Shown in pieces: positions 24,088 to 34,382 of a DNA stretch of 64,000 nt. How positions within the stretch are numbered: position 1 is the first letter of the stretch; each line of letters begins with the position of its first letter. This stretch comes from Prasinococcaceae sp. CCMP 1430 (Eukaryota; Plantae; Prasinodermophyta): positions 40,642-104,641 of the forward strand of contig RQSC01000523.1 in NCBI GenBank assembly GCA_013416795.1, read 5' to 3'. The notes below the pieces were generated by a model, which did no database searches, was not told the origin of the DNA, and saw only the letters and a list, made by a program, of their open reading frames with translations. Made by a program: the position numbers and the translations under genes.

Positions 24088-24424
24088 AAGATCAGACGCA
24101 TGTGAAAGACCTACTGTGGCTAGGCCAGTCCTGTCTGCGCTCACGCGCTGGATGAGCGCGCGCGCGGGCACACACTTTCATGGGAAAATGGCATCACATT
24201 TCGCTCTGCAATCTGTTTGTTTTTCGAATGCTTTCCTGTTTCATTTTGTCGCTTCAGCTGTGATTCTGATCAAACCCCACTCGCTCGGCGCCGTTCCCCC
24301 ACATGGCCCTTTTTGACTGACGGATGCCTCCGTTCCCCCGCGCGCGCCCCCCCCCCGCCAGCGCGCGCCGCGGCCCGCGCGACCGCCGCAACCAGCCTGG
24401 CGCGGCCCGCCCGCGGCCCAGGCG

Positions 24425-24483
24425 CCGGGCGCGCGGGGCCATGGCATGCATGCCGGGCGCGCGGGGCCATGGCATGCATGCCG
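24425..24483. repeat. 28-nt perfect tandem duplication, each copy containing the palindrome GGCATGCATGCC
   Basis: ccgggcgcgcggggccatggcatgcatg occurs twice, at 24425-24452 and 24453-24480. Confidence 0.9.
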
Positions 24484-24747
24484 CAGGGGACGGAGCGAGC
24501 GGATGCGCCTTCCGGTTGGAGATGGTTGCGCCGCCGTCATGGTCGTGACGAGGTTGTTATTGTTACCTCCCGCGGCCCAATAATCATCGGAGGTTCAAAT
24601 CGCTGGGCCGTTCGGGGAACGGGGCGCGGGCGAGGATCGTCGGCAGGCGGCGCGGCGCGGTGCGCGCGCGCGCTTCGCGGAGGGCCGCGGCGAAATAGCA
24701 GCGCAGGCGGCGCGTGTCCAGCGCGTGCAGCGCCACCTCTACGCGCG

Positions 24748-27700
24748 ATGGCGGCACGGCGCCGCTCGGGCGCGGCGCTGGCGCTCGTGGCCGCTGCCGG
24801 CGCGGCCGCCGGCGCGGCGGCGTCGAGCGAGAGCGAACGCTTCTTGGAGCTATTCTCGATCGAGGGCTACGGCTATGGCTATGGTCACTACGGCGGCTAT
24901 GGCTACGGCTACGGCTACGGCTACGGCGGAGGCTACGGCGAACCCCCGGGAAGAGGGGAACCGCCCGAACCGACGCCCCCCCCCGCTGGGGACGAACCGA
25001 CGACCCCTCCCACAGGGGGGCCGCTCGACCCGGGCGGGAGTGCTGTGTGTCCCTTCAGGTGCGCGTCCTACCATGCGGGTGCGAGCGCCAGCGATCCGCG
25101 CGTGTGCCAGTACTCGCGCTCGGGCGTCGGTGACATCGACCAAACCACCGACGCGGGCGTCGCGTGCTTCCCCGAGTTTGGGTGCGCCGCCGACTGGAAC
25201 GTGTGCTATCCGGATCGCGACGTCGCTGAGGCGCCCACGCCGGACCCCGACGATGCGTGCGACGAGCTCGACACGCTCGAGCTCGGCGGCGGGGGCGGAC
25301 TCTTCCCGCCCGACGGCGGCTACGTACCGCTGGCGAATGGCGGCTGGATGAAGAGCACGGGCGACATCGGGTGCGGCTGGGGCTCCACGTACGGTGGTGT
25401 CTCTCCTACTGAAGACTTCTCCCTCGAAGACTACGGTCGCGTGGAAAGGGTCCTCGAGGGTGACCAACTCGCCAACCCCGACAAGGCGTGCTGCCTGATC
25501 GCCAACGAGTACAACTCGGCGTCGCGCGAGGACGGGGGAAAGGCGATTCGCTTCGGCGTGAGGAACGGCGTGTGCAGAATTGATCGCGAGAAGATGATGC
25601 GCGGCAACCTTGACACGAGCTCCGGCCGCGCGCTCGCGTACACCCAGGCCTGCGGCGACGAGAGTGACACGTACTACTGGCGCCACGCCGCTGGCTCTGC
25701 CGACGCGTCCAACCTCAACAGCGGCGGGCGCTGCGTGCCCAATGGCGGCTTCCAGCGGGTGGTGGGTGACTCGCCCACGCTACCGCTCGGCCGCATTCCC
25801 GAGTCGTCGTCGTGGGAGCTGCCGAACCACGCATGCGACGGAGACACTGAGAACAACTGCGGCATGGCCTTGAGATTTAACACGATCAACACTGCGGAGG
25901 AGTGTTGCGAGATGTGCCGCTCTGGCGCCTCGACGTGGGTGGGGCCTGCCCCGATCTTCGGCGACGGTGACTGGTCCAACAACCCCTGCCTCGCTTGGCA
26001 GATCGTGGACGGCAAGTGCCGCATCCTGCGTGCCGAGTGGTTCGACAGCAAGTACGGATCGCCCGACCTCGGCCGCCATGCTGAGGGCGACGTTGCGATG
26101 ACGCCCACCGAGGTCATCGAGGCGTGCACGACGGAACCTAGCGCCTGTGAGCGAGAGGACGACAGTCACGGCCACTGGGCCGATTGCGCTGCAATGGGGC
26201 CGGACACTCCCGTCGAGGACAACTGCGATTACTACTCCTTCATGTACTTCCGCACTCTGGCGGACGCGCAGGCCGATGCGGGCGCCTCGTCGAGTGACGC
26301 CACGTACAGGAAGCTCGAGGCCATGACTGTGGGAGACGCGGGCGCCTCCGGTGACGAGACGGTCATCTCAGTATCGGCCTACGTGCACCTCTACTCGAGC
26401 CGCGAGCGTTCGCTCGACGGCGATGACGTTCGCCCGCCCGCCGCCGCGGGCGGCGGCAGCGGCATCGGTGACGGCAACTGCGCGCGCGTGGAGGTCTACG
26501 CCACGGAGGACGTTATCGCCAGCACAAGCTCCGCCAATCAGACAGTGTTCGACGAAGAGACCGCCGCGTCGCCGCTGTGCTCCTCGAACTGCATCGCTGC
26601 GGATGGAATGCTCGAGTTGTCCTGCACCGCCGACGAGGTCTTCGGCGGAGCCGGCTCGGCACGCCGTCGCCGCCTTATGGAGAGCGGCGATGGCTCCAAT
26701 GTCATCATCTCGTACTCGGCCGTCGGCACCGGCTACGACACTGCCGACTTCGGTGTGGACACTGCCTCGCCTCCCGCCGGCACCCCGACCCCGGCGACAG
26801 TCTTCACCCCCCCGCCGCCTGTCGCTCCGGTGTTGCTCGAGGACGCCCCGGTCGCGTCGCCGCCCCCGCCGGCGCGGCCAGTGGAGGAGCCTTCCGGTGG
26901 GTATGGCGACGATGAGGACTCCGGCGGCCCGTACGGCGGTCCGACTCGGGTTCCCGAGCACGCCTTCGACGACGGTCACGCTGCTGACGGCGGTGGCTAT
27001 GGCGGCTACGGCAAGCCCGTTGAGGAGGAGGACGTGTGCGTGTGCGGCGTCAATGGCGAGGAGGACGTGAAGTACGGCCTCCTCAAGATCTCTGGGGATC
27101 CGTGCGAGTGCGAGGCGCCCGTGTCCGCGCCGGACGCAAAAGCATCTCCACCGCCCGCCGCGGTGCCCGAGACCGCCAAGACGCCCCTGGCAGTGCCCCC
27201 GGCGTCGCCGACGGATGAGCCCGCGACGGCCTCCCCGCCGCCGCCCGAGATCGAGGTGCTTAAGGTGATTTCGGCCACCACCTCGCTCATCGTGGACAGC
27301 TTTGCAGGCCTCGACATCGATGCCATCAAGGCCGACTTGCTCGCTGGGATTTCCGAAGCCGCCGGCGGCGCTGACGTTACTGCGGTGGTCTCCCTGCGTG
27401 TCGTTGCTACGTACTCCTTCCCCGATGGCTTGGCATGCGCGGATATCGAGGCCGCGTACCATGTCGCCACAGGCGTGCCCTTGGATGATGTGTCGGCAGC
27501 CTGCGATGCTGCGGCGCGTCGCAGGCTCCTGGCGCAAGAGATCGAGATAACGGCGACGTTCGCCGAGTCCGAAGGTGCCGCCGCGGACGACCTCGTTGGC
27601 CTTGATCCCATCGCCGCCATGGCGGCGGAGCTGGGCGTCGACCCTTCGGACATCGCGCAGACGGTCGCGCCCAAGGCATCGATCGTCATCGAATGGACTG

Positions 27701-28023
27701 CCGCGATCACTGACAGTGCCACTGCAGACATCGACGCGAGCACCCTGGCTGACGCATTGAAGGACGCTGTGGACGAGGTCGCCGATGCGGCCGGCGTGGT
27801 GGCTGAGCCGTTCGTTGTAGTCGAGGGAACGACGCCTGCGGACGACGGCGCGGACGACGGCGCGGACGACGGCGCGGACGACGGCGCGGACGATGACAGT
27901 GGCCTCAACGTAGGCGCCCTCGCCGGCGGTATCATCGGCGGCGTGGTGGTGCTCGGCGCGATAGCGTTCTACGTGTGGAAGTCGTCCAAGCGCGACAGGC
28001 ACGACGCCTTCGTGGGCGTTTGA
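24748..28023 (+). CDS. Large type I cell-surface glycoprotein: signal peptide, GY repeat, Cys-rich (PAN/apple-like) region, Pro-rich stalks, C-terminal TM helix
   Basis: MAARRRSGAALALVAAAGAAAGAA signal-like start, (GY)n, paired CC and CxxC motifs, RRRRLM and RRRLL motifs, TM LAGGIIGGVVVLGAIAFYVW followed by KSSKR. Intronless with strong GC3 bias. Confidence 0.85.
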   Translation: MAARRRSGAALALVAAAGAAAGAAASSESERFLELFSIEGYGYGYGHYGGYGYGYGYGYGGGYGEPPGRGEPPEPTPPPAGDEPTTPPTGGPLDPGGSAVCPFRCASYHAGASASDPRVCQYSRSGVGDIDQTTDAGVACFPEFGCAADWNVCYPDRDVAEAPTPDPDDACDELDTLELGGGGGLFPPDGGYVPLANGGWMKSTGDIGCGWGSTYGGVSPTEDFSLEDYGRVERVLEGDQLANPDKACCLIANEYNSASREDGGKAIRFGVRNGVCRIDREKMMRGNLDTSSGRALAYTQACGDESDTYYWRHAAGSADASNLNSGGRCVPNGGFQRVVGDSPTLPLGRIPESSSWELPNHACDGDTENNCGMALRFNTINTAEECCEMCRSGASTWVGPAPIFGDGDWSNNPCLAWQIVDGKCRILRAEWFDSKYGSPDLGRHAEGDVAMTPTEVIEACTTEPSACEREDDSHGHWADCAAMGPDTPVEDNCDYYSFMYFRTLADAQADAGASSSDATYRKLEAMTVGDAGASGDETVISVSAYVHLYSSRERSLDGDDVRPPAAAGGGSGIGDGNCARVEVYATEDVIASTSSANQTVFDEETAASPLCSSNCIAADGMLELSCTADEVFGGAGSARRRRLMESGDGSNVIISYSAVGTGYDTADFGVDTASPPAGTPTPATVFTPPPPVAPVLLEDAPVASPPPPARPVEEPSGGYGDDEDSGGPYGGPTRVPEHAFDDGHAADGGGYGGYGKPVEEEDVCVCGVNGEEDVKYGLLKISGDPCECEAPVSAPDAKASPPPAAVPETAKTPLAVPPASPTDEPATASPPPPEIEVLKVISATTSLIVDSFAGLDIDAIKADLLAGISEAAGGADVTAVVSLRVVATYSFPDGLACADIEAAYHVATGVPLDDVSAACDAAARRRLLAQEIEITATFAESEGAAADDLVGLDPIAAMAAELGVDPSDIAQTVAPKASIVIEWTAAITDSATADIDASTLADALKDAVDEVADAAGVVAEPFVVVEGTTPADDGADDGADDGADDGADDDSGLNVGALAGGIIGGVVVLGAIAFYVWKSSKRDRHDAFVGV
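24865..24939 (+). repeat. Coding (GGC TAY)n repeat encoding a Gly-Tyr tract
   Basis: GYGYGYGHYGGYGYGYGYGYGGGYG. Confidence 0.9.
27841..27888 (+). repeat. 12-nt tandem repeat x4 encoding (DDGA)4 just before the TM helix
   Basis: gacgacggcgcg repeated four times. Confidence 0.95.
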
Positions 28024-28306
28024 GCGCACGTGGCCCTTCCCGAATGCGATTCGCGTGGTAGAGCGTCCTCCTACTGGGTCTCGACTAGATAGCAAAAGAG
28101 CTCCGGCTCGGGCTCGAGACAGAGACACAACACGGACAGAGAACGGCGACTTGCCCAGATAGACACAGTAACATGTTACACCCTGCATTGCGCACCTCAG
28201 CACGCCTCTTGCCACGCACGGACGGCTCCAAGGAAAGGGGCATGGTTGTCAGTGGTGGCATCTGCTTTGGCCTTCAAGCAACTGAACGTGCGCGCGCGCC
28301 AGCCAA

Positions 28307-31300
28307 TCAGTGACCAGAGTCGGCAGCGTCTAGCAGCGCGCGGTACGCGCCGCCCTCGCGCGTGGCCAGCTCGTGCGGCGCGCCAGTCTCAAGCAAGCGC
28401 CCGTTCCCGAGGACGCAGACCTGATCAGCGCCGGCGATTGTGTCTAAACGGTGCGCAACCACAAGCAGAGTGCGCGCGCGCCGTGTGCGGCTTGCGAGGA
28501 GCACGTTCTGGATGACCGCGTCGGTCTCGGCGTCCGTGTTTGCCGTTGCCTCATCGAGGGCTAGCACAGGCGCGCGACTGAGCAGGACGCGCGCCAGCGC
28601 GAGCAGCTGCTTCTGGCCAGCGGACAGCGCCGTGCCCAGCCCCCCCTCGAGGGGCGTGTCAAGCCCGCCACGCTCTCGAACGACCTGATCCATCTGCGCC
28701 TCGCGCAGTGCGTCCCAGAGATCGGCGTCGGCGAATCGAGCTCGAGGATCGAGGTTGTACCGAATGGAGGCCGCAAAAAAGATGGCATCTTGTGGAATGA
28801 TCGCCAGCATACTCCTCCACCTTGCGAGCGCCATGTCTCGCGAGTCCGTCCCATCAAGGCGAATTGCGCCCCCGGTGACGTCGATCAGCTTGAAGAGCGC
28901 CAAGAGCAGACTCGACTTCCCGCTGCCCGTGCGCCCGACGATGCCCAGCGAGGTGCCCCCGGGCACACAGAGCGAAACGCCTCGCAAAACGGGCGGCAAA
29001 CCCGCGCGGTATCGAGCAGTCAGGTCGACAAGCTCGAGCTGGCCTGTTCCGCTGCCCTCGCCGTCACAGCCACCCCGCTGCCCCGCCCCATCCGCCGGAA
29101 GATTGCAGTAGTCGAGCATCCTCTCCACGCTTGTGAGGTGCACCTGGAGCTCCGCGCTCTGGCGCACCGCCCACTGCAGTGCCCCGCTCAGCAGCAGCGC
29201 GCTCTCGAGCGCAATGGCCACCAATCCCGGGCCCAGCGCGTCGAGTGACGCCACGGCCGAGATGGACGCCACGCTGACCAGCAGGGCACAAATGGCGTCC
29301 AGCCGGATGCCTAGCCACCTCTGAATTCCTATGAAGGTGATCAGCCACGCTGAGTTCTCGTGCAGCGCGCCGATGAAGGCCTCGTGGCTACGCTCTTGCG
29401 CCCCAAACGCCCGAACCGTCGTCAGTCCCGCGAGCGTCGCGCTGAAGCTCGCGTAGATCGGCGATCGGCTAACACCCTCGCTTCGCTTCACCTCGCGAGA
29501 ACTCTGAAGGAAGGTGCGACGCAGCCACAAGAACACCAGCAGCAGGAAAAGCGCAGCAGGCAAGGAGAGCGGTAGCGCCACAGCTAGCAACCCGACACTC
29601 TGCGCGTTGATAGCAAAGCAGACAAAGGTATCGAGCCAGCAGTACGGCAAGAGCTCGTCGGCAGCCTGCGCATCCTTGGTGAAGCGGTTGAGGACGCGCC
29701 CAACGGGCACTGTGTGGAAGAAGCTCAGCCGCGCGCCAATCACGGAGCGCAGCATCGACGCGTGAATGCTCGAGGCCGCACTCACAAGACCGTGCATCGC
29801 CGCCAGCGATCGCGCGGGCGCCGCCACGATCAGAAGTCCCAGCAAGATTAGATAGTTGCGCAGGTAGCGCACGTCCCCTTGGCGCTCTGCGCTGGCGTCG
29901 GACCACTCGAGCAGCACGAAGCTGGAGAGGAGTACCAGCACCTGGCACATGACAATGCCAGCGAATACGCCCCCACTGAAGAGAAAGCCCACACGGCGCA
30001 TCACTTGCACGTACACGGCCGACTCAACCTTTCCCACGCGGCTGATTTCGCGAACGAGTCCGCCGTCGGCACTCTTCGCGGACACAGCCGGCTCGGCGTC
30101 CGTACTTGCGCAAGCGACAGCATTTCCTTCCTCAGGTTTGGCGCCGCGATGAGTTGCAGCGGCAGGCACAGCGACGTTGCCGACGCTGGCAACCTCCGCG
30201 CCCGCAGCGTGGCGAGTCCCGTCCTGACGCGTGCCGACCCCGGCTGCCATGGAATCATGCTCAGCCGCTGCCGCCTCGGTGGCCATCCGCTGCAGCTCCT
30301 GGGCGCTCGCTGAGTTGGTGATGGCCGCCCGCAGCGAATTCATTGAGGTGGACGCCCGCAAATCGCCATTGTCGCCAGAGTCGCCATCCGCAAGCACGAG
30401 ACTAAGCAGTTCGGGCCGGTTCTGCTGCTTGAGCTCGCGCACAACCTCTTCGTGCGTCCCGAGGGCGGCGATCTTGCCAGCCTGTAGGACGCACACTCGG
30501 TCGCACAGAGGCAGGTATTCCCGCGAGTGCGTGGCGAGCACGACCGTGCGACCCTTGAGCGCCCCGCAGATGCACTCTACGAAGAGGTGCCTCTTTACGG
30601 CAGAATCCACGGCGGCCAGCGGGTCGTCGAGCAAGACCGTGTCGAGTCCAGAGTACACGACGCGCGCAAGCGCCAGCCGCGCTTTCTGGCCGCCGCTCAG
30701 ATTGACCCCGCGCTCGCCCAACAGCGTCGCGTCGCCGTGCGGCAACAGTTCGAGATCATGAATCAATGCAGTGCTCTCCAGGGCCAAGCGGTACAGCGCG
30801 GTGTTGTCCTTGGGTGCTTTGCTCTCGCCGCCAACTACAGCATCGCAGCCACGCCCGGTCGCTCCAAAGCAAACGTTATCGCGCACACTTCCCGCCGCCA
30901 GCCACGGCTCCTGCGCGCAGTACGCCAGTCGGCGGGGTAAGAGGGGTAGATGGTCCACCCCTGCCTCAACGACCCCATCGCTCGCAGTTGGCGCCATGTT
31001 GCCCATGAGCGCATTCAGGAGGGAGCTCTTGCCCGCCCCCACGCTGCCCACCACCGCGATAAGCTCGCCCCGGCGCAGCGTGAGGTGTACGCCGCGCAGC
31101 GCGGGTAGCGGGGCGCTTGCGTTATCCTCAAGTGCCCCGGTTGCGCTCTCGGCTCCTTTGCTAGCCTCAGAGGGGACGTTTTCTGGCGACATCCTCGAGT
31201 CTACCCCATCACCCACGCGTGCGTGGTAGAAGTCGCAACCACGCAGCTCCGCCGCCACATCCGCGCGCGTGGGCTCCTCTGCCCCACCCGCCTCGGGCAG

Positions 31301-32590
31301 CGCCATGAAGGCGTCAATGCGCGCGCAGCTGGCCAGCGCCTCCGCGCACGTCTCCACGCCGCGTATGGAAAATATTCCGATCCAAAGTTTCGGCAGGCGC
31401 ATGAGGCTCACCACGAAGAAAGTTCCCGGTATTGTGAGCACGCCGCCGCGCGCTACGAATGTGAGGATGGCCGCACCAATCGCGACGAGGTCGATCACGA
31501 AGAAGATCGCGGAAGAGATCGCACGCAGCGAAGTCACAAAACGCAGCGAGTCCTCCTCGTCCTTGCGTAGCGCGCTCACACGCGAGATGACGCTGCGCTC
31601 GAATCCGTACATCTTGAGCGCGAGCGCGCCCTTGAGCGCCTCGGCTGTCGAGGACACGCGCGCGTCGGTGCGCGCCGCGGTGCGCGAGCGAGCCCTCGAT
31701 ACTTTAGTGCCCACGAAGTACTGCAGCGGAACGAGCAAAGCAAAGACAGACATGCCCGCCACAGCGGGGGCCCAGCCCATCTCCATTCCCACCAGCAGGC
31801 CCACAACGAGAGCCTCGAGGGGCCCAAAAACTACAAACGGGTAGAACGCGCCAGCTTCCTCAAATTTGCTGACGTCGTTGGAAACGAGCGACGTGAGCGT
31901 GCCCTCGCTGGCTGCACCGGCCTCGAGACGCAGCGCCTTGGCGTGAATAGCTCCGACAGCTGAGACTCTCCACCTCATGCCGCATCTCATGCCCATCCAG
32001 AACGTCTGGTGATGGCACAGGCAGTAGGCGAAGGCACACAGGCTCATCGCGACGGCCCAAGAATACCTCTCCCGCGCGCTCGCGCGCTCGTCGTTGAGGG
32101 CCCGCAGCAAGGCGCGCAGCAACAGCGACATGCCTATCCGCTGCGCGCTCTCCAAGGCAGCCCACAAGCAGTGCAGTCCTACGTCCCAGCGGAACGCGTG
32201 CACCAGCGAGCGCGCCATTCCTCGCGACGGGCGCGGGCGGAGTCGGGCTGTCGCGCGGCTGTCGGCGCCGCCATTGGCACCGCCGCTGGCACCGCCGTCG
32301 GCGCTACGTTGCGCGGCAGCCGCGCCGTACATGCTGCTCTCAAGCCTCGCCGTGAGCACCGCCGCGGCGTCGGAGGGCGCCATCAGCGCGCGCGCCAGCT
32401 CGACATCGATGGGCGTTGGCACGGCCCCTCCCTTGGGGGCTCCGCCGGCGGCCCGCTCGGCAGCCGCGCGGGCGAACGCGCGCCCGCGCGCGAGCACGGG
32501 CCACGCCCAGCCAAAGCTCACCCTATCGAACAGCGGCGCCGCCGCGTAGCTCGGCGGCGCCTCCACCCAATCACCGCCGCTGCCGCCCAT
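28307..32590 (-). CDS. ABCC/MRP transporter, short form without TMD0 (ABCC4-like), intronless
   Basis: TMD-NBD-TMD-NBD layout; Walker A GSVGAGKS and GRTGSGKS, signatures LSGGQK and LSAGQK, Walker B LLDD and LDE, and PVGRVLNRFTKD. Confidence 0.95.
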   Translation of the reverse strand: MGGSGGDWVEAPPSYAAAPLFDRVSFGWAWPVLARGRAFARAAAERAAGGAPKGGAVPTPIDVELARALMAPSDAAAVLTARLESSMYGAAAAQRSADGGASGGANGGADSRATARLRPRPSRGMARSLVHAFRWDVGLHCLWAALESAQRIGMSLLLRALLRALNDERASARERYSWAVAMSLCAFAYCLCHHQTFWMGMRCGMRWRVSAVGAIHAKALRLEAGAASEGTLTSLVSNDVSKFEEAGAFYPFVVFGPLEALVVGLLVGMEMGWAPAVAGMSVFALLVPLQYFVGTKVSRARSRTAARTDARVSSTAEALKGALALKMYGFERSVISRVSALRKDEEDSLRFVTSLRAISSAIFFVIDLVAIGAAILTFVARGGVLTIPGTFFVVSLMRLPKLWIGIFSIRGVETCAEALASCARIDAFMALPEAGGAEEPTRADVAAELRGCDFYHARVGDGVDSRMSPENVPSEASKGAESATGALEDNASAPLPALRGVHLTLRRGELIAVVGSVGAGKSSLLNALMGNMAPTASDGVVEAGVDHLPLLPRRLAYCAQEPWLAAGSVRDNVCFGATGRGCDAVVGGESKAPKDNTALYRLALESTALIHDLELLPHGDATLLGERGVNLSGGQKARLALARVVYSGLDTVLLDDPLAAVDSAVKRHLFVECICGALKGRTVVLATHSREYLPLCDRVCVLQAGKIAALGTHEEVVRELKQQNRPELLSLVLADGDSGDNGDLRASTSMNSLRAAITNSASAQELQRMATEAAAAEHDSMAAGVGTRQDGTRHAAGAEVASVGNVAVPAAATHRGAKPEEGNAVACASTDAEPAVSAKSADGGLVREISRVGKVESAVYVQVMRRVGFLFSGGVFAGIVMCQVLVLLSSFVLLEWSDASAERQGDVRYLRNYLILLGLLIVAAPARSLAAMHGLVSAASSIHASMLRSVIGARLSFFHTVPVGRVLNRFTKDAQAADELLPYCWLDTFVCFAINAQSVGLLAVALPLSLPAALFLLLVFLWLRRTFLQSSREVKRSEGVSRSPIYASFSATLAGLTTVRAFGAQERSHEAFIGALHENSAWLITFIGIQRWLGIRLDAICALLVSVASISAVASLDALGPGLVAIALESALLLSGALQWAVRQSAELQVHLTSVERMLDYCNLPADGAGQRGGCDGEGSGTGQLELVDLTARYRAGLPPVLRGVSLCVPGGTSLGIVGRTGSGKSSLLLALFKLIDVTGGAIRLDGTDSRDMALARWRSMLAIIPQDAIFFAASIRYNLDPRARFADADLWDALREAQMDQVVRERGGLDTPLEGGLGTALSAGQKQLLALARVLLSRAPVLALDEATANTDAETDAVIQNVLLASRTRRARTLLVVAHRLDTIAGADQVCVLGNGRLLETGAPHELATREGGAYRALLDAADSGH

Positions 32591-32598
32591 CGCGGCCG

Positions 32599-32685
32599 CC
32601 CGCCCTCAAGGACGCCGACTTCGACGCCAAGCCCACCGTCCTGCTGCTAGGCCAGTACTCGGTGGGCAAGACCTCGTTCATAAGA
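32599..32685 (+). pseudogene. Orphan 29-codon fragment of an EH-domain protein (EHD) P-loop exon
   Basis: Reads PALKDADFDAKPTVLLLGQYSVGKTSFIR, matching the EHD1-type signature SPALEDADFDxKPMVLLxGQYSTGKTxFI. No other EHD sequence flanks it. Confidence 0.8.
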
Positions 32686-33019
32686 GCCTCGCGCGCCGCC
32701 GCCGCCGCCGCCGCCGCCGCGGCTCGGGGAACACGGCGCGTCCGCCGACCATCCAAAAACCCCACCGCAGAGACACAAAGTACAAAAATAGATCATATAT
32801 ACCGACGGGAGAGTATTGACCAGCGCTGGCGCGCCGTGGTTTGACAGGGACTGCGGCGCAGCGCCGGCGAGGCGTCCCGTCGAGTCTAATTGCTCTCGCC
32901 GACGTTGCCACACCTGTGGTGGCAGGCACCCGTCCCGACCCCCCCCCCCCTCCACCTTCCCCCGCCCGCGCGGCGAGGGTAGGGCGCGGAGGGGGGACGG
33001 GAGGCCCTCCCCGCTGGCG

Positions 33020-34219
33020 ATGCGCAGGGCGCGCGTGCCACAAGAGCTGCCGCGCGGGCGGCCGCGTGCGCCGTCGCTCGGCGCTCGGCGCAGTGGCCCG
33101 GCCGCGTGCGGAGGCGGCAGCGGGCGCGAGCGCCCCGTCGCCGAGCTGCTGCTGGCGGCGGACGCGTTCGGCTTTGGCTCGGTGACGGCGGCCAAGAAGG
33201 CGGTGCGCCGAGGCGAAGTCTTCGTCGACGGCGCGCGTGCGACGGTCGCGACGCGCGCGCCAGCCGGCGCATCGCTCGAGTGGCGCCGGCGGCAGGAGTC
33301 TGGTGAGCCACTGCCGCTTGCGGACGTGCCCGCGCACCTTGTGGCCGACACGCGCGTGCTCTTCGAGGACGCGCACGCTGCTGTGCTGCTCAAGCCCGCA
33401 GGGGTCCCGAGCGTTGCCTCCAACGGCTGGCACGCGGAGCGCCTCGCCGCGCACGTGTGCGCGGCCACGCGAGAGGTGGGCGCGCTGCACCGGCCGCGCG
33501 TGTGCCATCGCCTCGATGCCCCTGTGAGCGGCGTGCTCGCCGTCGCCAAGACCAGGCCGGCGCTTGAGGCCATATCGCGCGCCTTCGCTCGCCGCGAGGC
33601 GAGCAAGACCTACGTAGCGCTCGTCGCGGGCGACCTAAGCGGCGCGCCGCGCGTGGTCGACGCGCCGCTCCCCGACAAGCGCACCGGACGCGACCTCGCG
33701 GCTGTCACAGAGGTGAGCGGCGAGTTCCCGCGCTGACCGGCGCGCGCCGGCCACCGGCAAGCCCACTTCTCGTGGAGCGCTGACAAAAATGGCCCGCGTG
33801 TATCCACACCCCTCCCTCTCCTTTGCACACTGCGCACGCTTCGGCGTCGGCGAGGGCAGCTCGAGCCGCTTGGCGCGCACGCGAGCGCTCGCCATGGCGC
33901 CGTAACGCTCGTGCGCCTGCGCCCGCGCACGGGCTACTACCACCAGCTGCGACGCCACCTCGCCCTCCTGGGCCACCCCATCCTGGGTGACCGCGCGCAC
34001 GGTGCGGAATCTCTCGCGGGCGGGCGGATTGCGTTCGACGCCCTCGAGCGGGAGCTCGAGCGCGCGCCCGCGGGCGACGCGGGCGGCCTGATGCTCTTCG
34101 CCGCTGAGCTCGAGCTGCCGCTCGCGAGCGCGCCCGGCGGTGTGCTTCGTGCGCGCGCCGAGCTGCCCTCCCGCTTCGAGCGGAGGCTCGAGCTCGAGGC
34201 GTGCCGAGCGCGCGCGTAA
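33020..34219 (+). CDS. RluA/RluD-family RNA pseudouridine synthase with an S4-like domain; intron 33713-33859
   Basis: AKKAVRRGEVFVDG (S4), LFEDAHAAVLLKPAG, catalytic HRLD, KTYVALV, TGYYHQLRRHL and HPILGD. GTGAGC donor and CAG acceptor splice in frame. Confidence 0.9.
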
Positions 34220-34382
34220 GCCGGCCACGGACACCGGCAGTGGTGCGTGCCGCCATCGTGTATCATATCAAGTAGTACTAGCTAGAGAAGGAGTTACGGG
34301 TGCCATAACGTGCGTATGGGGTGTAGGCAAAATTAAGACGAGCATGGCCTGGATCGAGGGCGTCGTGCGGGGTGCGCTCGGC

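Noticed and set aside
28307-32590. Lower GC3 and no introns in the ABCC gene (also P450, TRM1) as evidence of horizontal transfer
   Set aside because: The ABCC architecture is typically eukaryotic, and weaker codon bias is equally explained by low expression. A phylogeny would be needed.
33925-33960. Pseudouridine synthase motif TGYYHQ instead of TGRTHQ
   Set aside because: The catalytic HRLD Asp is intact, and one motif variant is not enough to claim altered function.
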